From the IMG/VR virus record IMGVR_UViG_3300030333_002322: 64,000 nucleotides of DNA. One strand, given 5' to 3'. Under the pieces are notes generated by a model. The model did no database searches and was not told where the DNA came from. It saw nothing but the letters and a program-made list of their open reading frames with translations. The translations under genes and the position numbers were made by a program. Below are positions 58,960 through 64,000 of this stretch, piece by piece. Source of the DNA: a virus. Position 1 is the stretch's first letter; each line of letters opens with the position of its first letter.

Positions 58960-59089
58960 ATTCGAATGCTAAGAATCCTAATACTATAATAGCAAGTATC
59001 AAAAACATTTGAAAAGCTAACATTAATATCTGCGGGAAAAATCTTATTGCAAGATATAGTAGTGTTATAAATCCAATTAGTTCTAACAT
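58928..59089 (-). CDS. 53-aa membrane protein (MLELIGFITLLYLAIRFFP...)
   Basis: hand-translated; overlaps the stop of 59083-59403. Confidence 0.5.
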   Translation of the reverse strand: MLELIGFITLLYLAIRFFPQILMLAFQMFLILAIIVLGFLAFEFIYGYIYFRI

Positions 59090-59403
59090 CTTTTTAACGG
59101 TCTCCATCCATGTCTTTCATATCCGATATCAGACTTTGTATGTCTGTACCATGGTTTGTTAACTTCCAATTGACCTGCAAGGAAGCTAATAAAATTATGT
59201 GTATTGAAATCTCCACCACCTTGAATCTCTACTCTTTCATCTTCAAATAAAATATTGGTGTCGTCCATTGCATTTGTAATCTTATGCTTACTTTCCCATA
59301 TCTCAGATCTCATTTTTCTAAATTTGAAACCTTTGCCATTAAGTTTAGCCATTATCTGATTAGCGTCCATTCCTGGAACTTTGAGTTGTAAATGAAACTT
59401 CAT
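59083..59403 (-). CDS. hypothetical early protein
   Basis: TAATG-coupled to the upstream gene. Confidence 0.65.
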   Translation of the reverse strand: MKFHLQLKVPGMDANQIMAKLNGKGFKFRKMRSEIWESKHKITNAMDDTNILFEDERVEIQGGGDFNTHNFISFLAGQLEVNKPWYRHTKSDIGYERHGWRPLKRC

Positions 59404-59822
59404 TATGCCACCTCCAGTTTTGCTAGTCTTTCGTCTCTATAATCTAGAGCACCCTCACCTAAAACAAGATGACCATCTTCGTTTCTATACAAAGTATCAA
59501 GACTTGCGCTTTGATCTTTTTGTTTTTGGATTAATGAAAACTCTGCTTGTTCAAAAGTAATTGCTCCAATTTGAACAAAGTCTAAAAGCATGTCCGCGAA
59601 TGGAACCTCACCGTTTGATTTCCAAACTGTAAGACCATCTACTTGAGCTGTGTTTTGAAAATTCGTTTCAATTGAATTATCGTAAGTTTCATTTTCTCTT
59701 AATTGAGATTTGAATAGAACATTACCTGTAAAAGTTTTGTTCTCATCGTGATGTGCAGCAAGTCCAAAACGTTCTTTTCTTACTGTTTCGCCTGCTATTT
59801 CTACTGTATTTTCTAGTATCAT
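59403..59822 (-). CDS. hypothetical early protein
   Basis: GAGGAG SD and sigma70 promoter upstream. Confidence 0.7.
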   Translation of the reverse strand: MILENTVEIAGETVRKERFGLAAHHDENKTFTGNVLFKSQLRENETYDNSIETNFQNTAQVDGLTVWKSNGEVPFADMLLDFVQIGAITFEQAEFSLIQKQKDQSASLDTLYRNEDGHLVLGEGALDYRDERLAKLEVA

Positions 59823-59860
59823 AATTATTAAACTCCTCACTTTTTATTAATTATGCTTGT

Positions 59861-59889
59861 ATTATGCACTCTTACGAACCAAGAGTCAA
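59861..59889 (-). promoter_or_regulatory. sigma70 early promoter with palindromic spacer
   Basis: TTGACT CTTGGTTCGTAAGAGTG CATAAT, A/T tract upstream. Confidence 0.85.
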
Positions 59890-59925
59890 CCTTTTTTTTA
59901 AAAAAATAGGGTTTTTTTCGTGTTT

Positions 59926-60582
59926 TTATTCAAAATTATAGCAGTCTTGCCCCGAAATATCGCTACACATGTCCCTCCAGAGTTCTAGGTGGGGTATAAC
60001 ATAACCTAGGGTCACTCTAGGCTCTGTAGTTCCAGCGCAATGGTAGTAAACTTTATCAGGTTCTCGACCCCTACCATAATAACCTACTTTGCATGACCAC
60101 CCACCAGGGTCCTGTAAGTGAACCACTTCATGTGTTTTTGGGTCTCTGTATTTAAAGAACCCTCCTCCGTTTTCTGTGTAAGAAAGAAGTATGTTATAAC
60201 CGTGGGCATTCCAATTATTATGCCACCCCATAAAACCATTGACAGGATAAAATACATGAACCGCTTCATTCCTTGCTCCTAACCATTGTGTTAATTTTGT
60301 TTGTAATTCTTTCTGTGGTTCTTTAAAATTTTTGTCTATCTTTCCAGAGTTTTCCATTATATCACAGCTATATGATATTTCAGGATACCCTTCATGTCTA
60401 CCATCTTTTGTAACAATAACATCTAAGTATTCTTCACTGCAACAATACTCTAAACTCTCACCTGTATTTTTTGGATTTTGTTCAGACATTTCTATCAAAT
60501 GTGTTAGGTCCTGTTTGAAGAACCAATCCGAATATGGCTCTAACATTTCTAACAATTCATCTGATATATCTATAAACTTCAT
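59926..60582 (-). CDS. DSBH / 2OG-Fe(II) oxygenase-like protein
   Basis: YPVNGFMGWHNN ... YYHCA ... RVTLGY (HxN...H...R). Confidence 0.65.
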   Translation of the reverse strand: MKFIDISDELLEMLEPYSDWFFKQDLTHLIEMSEQNPKNTGESLEYCCSEEYLDVIVTKDGRHEGYPEISYSCDIMENSGKIDKNFKEPQKELQTKLTQWLGARNEAVHVFYPVNGFMGWHNNWNAHGYNILLSYTENGGGFFKYRDPKTHEVVHLQDPGGWSCKVGYYGRGREPDKVYYHCAGTTEPRVTLGYVIPHLELWRDMCSDISGQDCYNFE

Positions 60583-61370
60583 TTCTTTTTAGCGTGTATA
60601 ACATGCTCCGGTATAGTATAATGATAAAATACTCTATCTAAATCTTCTAACTCATTAGGATGATAACCATTTACAAAATTCCAACGGCAATGTAAATTAT
60701 CGTCCCACCTGACACCATGATCACTATATGTTAATAATTTCCACATTGTAAAAGTATCCCACTTTCTAACATCATCTGGATACTGTCCTATTGTATTAAC
60801 CCAACCACCTTTATTTGTTTTTTCTGTTTGTTTTAAATATTCCCCATACCAAGATTCCATTAGGGTAATTGTTTGAGGATTGTTTCTGTATATGAACATA
60901 CCACAATGGGCTGTCATTTCTTCTGTGTTTGTAAGTTTTGTTACCTTGGCATTATAAGGTCTTATTTTTGTAAATAATAAATCTAAATCATCTGTTAGTT
61001 GATCAAATATGTTTTCTACATCTTCATGTTCACACATCATATCAGCATCTAAATAAACTGTTTTGCCTTTGTATGGTGTTTTACTTAATGCCCAAAGTTT
61101 AGCTCTTATATGTTTAGGCACATCTGTTGAAACCATTTGATCTATATGTTCATACCAATCTGAGGATGCTTTAAATGGTAATGTATTTAATTTTTCTTTC
61201 CACAGGTACTGTATTTCAGATGAATCTATAAATATTGTAACATGTGCTTCTGGATAAAATAATTTAATTGACTCTGCTAGTTCAATAGCTGCTTTGTAAA
61301 AAGGATTATATAAACTGGCAACAATTAAGAAACCATTGTCTGGTATATTATTTCTTTTTCTTTTTGCCAT
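60579..61370 (-). CDS. GT8-like glycosyltransferase
   Basis: LAESIK, KLWALSKTPY, YLDADM, RWNF, FYHYT. Confidence 0.78.
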   Translation of the reverse strand: MAKRKRNNIPDNGFLIVASLYNPFYKAAIELAESIKLFYPEAHVTIFIDSSEIQYLWKEKLNTLPFKASSDWYEHIDQMVSTDVPKHIRAKLWALSKTPYKGKTVYLDADMMCEHEDVENIFDQLTDDLDLLFTKIRPYNAKVTKLTNTEEMTAHCGMFIYRNNPQTITLMESWYGEYLKQTEKTNKGGWVNTIGQYPDDVRKWDTFTMWKLLTYSDHGVRWDDNLHCRWNFVNGYHPNELEDLDRVFYHYTIPEHVIHAKKK

Positions 61371-61845
61371 CTAATACACCTGTTGCCTTCAATTGATCTG
61401 TTATTAATATTGTCGTATATGCTGTTACTTCTAATGGAGTTTTTGCTTTACGAATAAGTCTTTTGAGTGGTGTATTTTTAGAGTCTTTAACTGCTTCAAT
61501 TTCAAATGCTTCTAACTTTGCATTGAATAATACTTCTTGTTGTTGTCTAGCAGCTTGTGATTCTCTTCTTTCTAATCTTTGTTTTATTTGAGTATCACGT
61601 CTTTTGATACCTTCCGCTGTATTCTCATCTAAAGTCTTTTCACCAAACTGTTCTATAACAGCTTTAAAATCAGGATTATCTTTTCCCGTTATTGATGCTG
61701 TAGATTTCCTACCATCAGGATATTCTAAAGTAACGATCATATGCTCGTTATCTTTATTAGACCAATAAGGATCTCGATATTCGTATTTTTTTGGTTTGGG
61801 ATCTTCGTTTGTTATACGTTCAACTTTTGGTTGATTCTTCGCCAT
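61348..61845 (-). CDS. hypothetical protein (possible assembly chaperone)
   Basis: first gene after the late promoter at 61867; helical C-terminus LFNAKLEAFEIE. Confidence 0.65.
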   Translation of the reverse strand: MAKNQPKVERITNEDPKPKKYEYRDPYWSNKDNEHMIVTLEYPDGRKSTASITGKDNPDFKAVIEQFGEKTLDENTAEGIKRRDTQIKQRLERRESQAARQQQEVLFNAKLEAFEIEAVKDSKNTPLKRLIRKAKTPLEVTAYTTILITDQLKATGVLDGKKKKK

Positions 61846-61866
61846 AATATCTCCATAATGTAAATT

Positions 61867-61874
61867 TATTTATA
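61867..61874 (-). promoter_or_regulatory. late promoter for the 61845-59926 operon
   Basis: intergenic TATAAATA. Confidence 0.75.
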
Positions 61875-61881
61875 CTGCTAA

Positions 61882-63174
61882 TTAAGCAGTTCTTAGCCAC
61901 AATTTTACCGTACTGACTGTTGAGCTAGTGTTTAGTATTGTATCACCTGCATATGTTCCTTCGAATGAACCAGTAAATGTTCCTGAATATGTGCCTGCAT
62001 ATGCTGATGTTCCTGTGTAAGTTCCTGCATATGCTGATGTACCACCATATGCTCCTGCATACACCTTAGGTCCTGTATAATTACCTGTATAGTTTTTAGG
62101 TCCTGTATAATATCCTACATAGTTTCCTGCGTAACTAGGTGGTCCGCCATACCCACCATAATCATGTAAGTATGCTCCTGCGTATGTTTTAGCATAACCT
62201 GATGTACCACCATATGTTCCTGCATATGCTGATGTTCCTGAATAGTTACCTCCATAAGATTTTGGACCTGTGTAATTACCTGCATAAGTTTTTGCACCTG
62301 TGTAATTACCTGCATAGCTTCCTGAATAAGCACCACTATAACTTCCAGTATAGTTTTGTGAACCTACGTCTTTCTTTGTATCTGTAAATCCTGCTGCATC
62401 ACCCATTTGAGTCCAAGTCCCTGTTTCACTAGGTGTAGAAGCTTGTAATTTATATGTACCAACACCTTGTGTTGTAGAAAAGTTTTCTACAATTCTGTTT
62501 CTAAAGTTAGCAACAATTTGTTCCATCTCAGCAACGGTCATTTCTCTAAGGTTTGAAGTTTCAACTAATTTTATAGGTTTAAGATCATCATCTGCTGCTG
62601 TTGTTGCTGCTGTTTTTTGCCAAATATACATGTTATTGGTTGTGCCGTCTACTAATGTATCTGCTAATGTATATCTAGATGTCCATGTTCCACCACTTGG
62701 TGAACTTGCGTTTAATGAATATTGACCAACAGTATAGTTTCCTTGTCCAACCATATCTGCTATTATTTTATCAATAATGTCTGTATCTAACTCTGAATCT
62801 GTAAATTCATTTATACCTACATTACCTGATGTTTCCCAACCTACAGGTCTGTTAGTAATACTTTCTGATGCTGCTCCTGTTACTTGTTTTGCTGTGTATG
62901 TAGTAACTGTTGATGAAGCACCATCTGTAGGGTGAGTGCCTACTGCGTCATCTCTTTTTGTGTCGGTTACTGTACCAATAGTAGTTCCAGCACCTGAAGC
63001 ATTAGTCGTTACATTTAATTCTGCAGTACCTGTACCGTCTGTATTGTCTGCAAAATCTTTTGTAATAATTGCTGAATAATATTTCTCGATCTCGGCATCA
63101 GTCATTTCCTGCAAACCTTGGAAGTTTGAAGAACTAACTGGCGATCCAGATGCTTTTACTCTTAATGGTCTCAT
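61882..63174 (-). CDS. virion structural protein with a duplicated domain and a YxGx repeat tract
   Basis: internal duplication (LQEMT/LREMT; GQYSL..GGTWT/GTYKL..GTWT); about 135-aa Tyr-Gly repeat. Confidence 0.75.
   Translation of the reverse strand: MRPLRVKASGSPVSSSNFQGLQEMTDAEIEKYYSAIITKDFADNTDGTGTAELNVTTNASGAGTTIGTVTDTKRDDAVGTHPTDGASSTVTTYTAKQVTGAASESITNRPVGWETSGNVGINEFTDSELDTDIIDKIIADMVGQGNYTVGQYSLNASSPSGGTWTSRYTLADTLVDGTTNNMYIWQKTAATTAADDDLKPIKLVETSNLREMTVAEMEQIVANFRNRIVENFSTTQGVGTYKLQASTPSETGTWTQMGDAAGFTDTKKDVGSQNYTGSYSGAYSGSYAGNYTGAKTYAGNYTGPKSYGGNYSGTSAYAGTYGGTSGYAKTYAGAYLHDYGGYGGPPSYAGNYVGYYTGPKNYTGNYTGPKVYAGAYGGTSAYAGTYTGTSAYAGTYSGTFTGSFEGTYAGDTILNTSSTVSTVKLWLRTA
61945..62360 (-). 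repeat. 12/30-bp coding tandem repeats (YAGNYTGPKS-type)
   Basis: cctgcatatgctgatgt recurs near 61994, 62024 and 62219. Confidence 0.85.
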
Positions 63175-63185
63175 TACCTATTCCC

Positions 63186-63689
63186 TTAATTTATTCTATT
63201 ACCGCTACTATCATAAACAATAACTGGGCTCAATCTGTTCCACTTTGTAGAACTAATGCCTACTAATTTTAATGTATGTCCTGCTGCTAATGTAACTCCT
63301 GCATTTGCCGAACCTGCGTCTATTGATTCGCCTGATGATGGGAAGATATTAATTAGTGCTGTGGTGTCATTCATTACTGTAACTTCTAAACCAGTTGCTG
63401 TGTCAGGTAGTTTAACACTATCTGCTGATGATGCTGTAGCTGATGTAACAATATTAAATGTGTTTGTCAAAGCAGTTGCCGCACCCTGTGTGGTTCCTGC
63501 TGCCGATACTGTTGCAGCGCTTAAAGTAGATGATCCTGATACTGATAAATTAGAAGACGCTGACAATGTTCCTGCCGAAATATTATTACCTGACTCGTAC
63601 TTATCTGTATTTAGATTTGTAAAGTTGGCGTCTACTTCATTATTAGTAAGCGGGCTACCTTTGCTTGATCTTAATGTTATTGTTGCCAT
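63186..63689 (-). CDS. structural/fibre protein
   Basis: ITLRSSKGSPLTNNEVDANFTNL N-terminal module; C-terminal VYDSSGNRIN. Confidence 0.75.
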   Translation of the reverse strand: MATITLRSSKGSPLTNNEVDANFTNLNTDKYESGNNISAGTLSASSNLSVSGSSTLSAATVSAAGTTQGAATALTNTFNIVTSATASSADSVKLPDTATGLEVTVMNDTTALINIFPSSGESIDAGSANAGVTLAAGHTLKLVGISSTKWNRLSPVIVYDSSGNRIN

Positions 63690-63698
63690 GTCTCCTGC

Positions 63699-63932
63699 CT
63701 ATTTGTTAATTTTATTTACTAAACCCTGAATTAAATCTTTAAGTTCAGTTATCTCTGTTCTTAAAGTATTTATATCACTTTCATATTTTATAAATTTATC
63801 AATTCGAGATTGTTGCAATTTATATGCTTTTAATCCCTCATTATCCCTATTTAAAACTGCCTTTGAATTCTTATCACGAACTAAAGCACTCTCTCCATCT
63901 ATATTTATAAGGTTTTTTTGTGCCGTTGTCAT
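63699..63932 (-). CDS. conserved coiled-coil protein following the DUF4815/VrlC-like gene
   Basis: LVRDKNSKAVLN...EITELKDLI. Confidence 0.75.
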   Translation of the reverse strand: MTTAQKNLINIDGESALVRDKNSKAVLNRDNEGLKAYKLQQSRIDKFIKYESDINTLRTEITELKDLIQGLVNKINK

Positions 63933-63934
63933 AA

Positions 63935-64000
63935 TTAACTCTGTAATGCTATTGCTCTTAACTCCTTAAAGAAAGGAGGAGAGACTGTTGTTGAACTTAA
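63935..64000 (-). CDS. 3' end of a large structural protein (DUF4815/VrlC-like)
   Basis: hand-translated ...PPFFKELRAIALQS-stop, a typical C-terminal motif. Confidence 0.55.
   Translation of the reverse strand, partial: LSSTTVSPPFFKELRAIALQS

Noticed and set aside
61945-62360. CRISPR-like array
   Set aside because: The repeats are degenerate, in-frame coding units without unique spacers
1-64000. tRNA genes, introns, inteins, homing endonucleases
   Set aside because: Intergenic gaps are short with no cloverleaf or T-loop motif seen; core genes are uninterrupted and of normal length

Overview
A 64 kb, AT-rich segment of a T4-like myovirus genome, probably marine. The host is likely a Gram-negative proteobacterium (inferred from a TonB-dependent receptor, a lipoprotein and proteobacterial-type IscU/IscA). 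Most genes are on the minus strand. Left part: replication core (gp43, regA, gp62/44/45, gp46/47, gp55, uvsW, uvsY) interleaved with accessory genes. These include Hsp20 with a ROSE-like thermometer, two radical SAM enzymes, an AurF-like diiron enzyme, a CobS/CobT-like pair, a BtuB-like receptor, ClpP, PDF, Prx, Grx and IscU/IscA. A 7-deazaguanine DNA-modification cluster (folE, queD, queE, dpdA-like, dpdL-like, plus a GT-B glycosyltransferase; no queC in the window) lies between gp55 and gp47. Centre: morphogenesis block gp23 to gp13, then a chain of fibre genes. Right part: a plus-strand late operon of paralogous glycosyltransferases that shares a palindromic late promoter with the fibre genes. 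A convergent late module follows, with a YxG-repeat structural protein, a GT8-like enzyme and an oxygenase. Together these are the best candidate for an undescribed virion glycosylation/hydroxylation system. Non-coding signals read directly from the sequence: six sigma70 promoters sharing a palindromic spacer, many TATAAATA late promoters (some near-leaderless), a leaderless mini-ORF coupled to gp43, and nine ACCCTC hexamers clustered inside gp44 next to an unannotated RHH gene. No tRNA, rRNA, CRISPR array, intron or transposase was recognised. All calls come from motif recognition and synteny, not from database searches.
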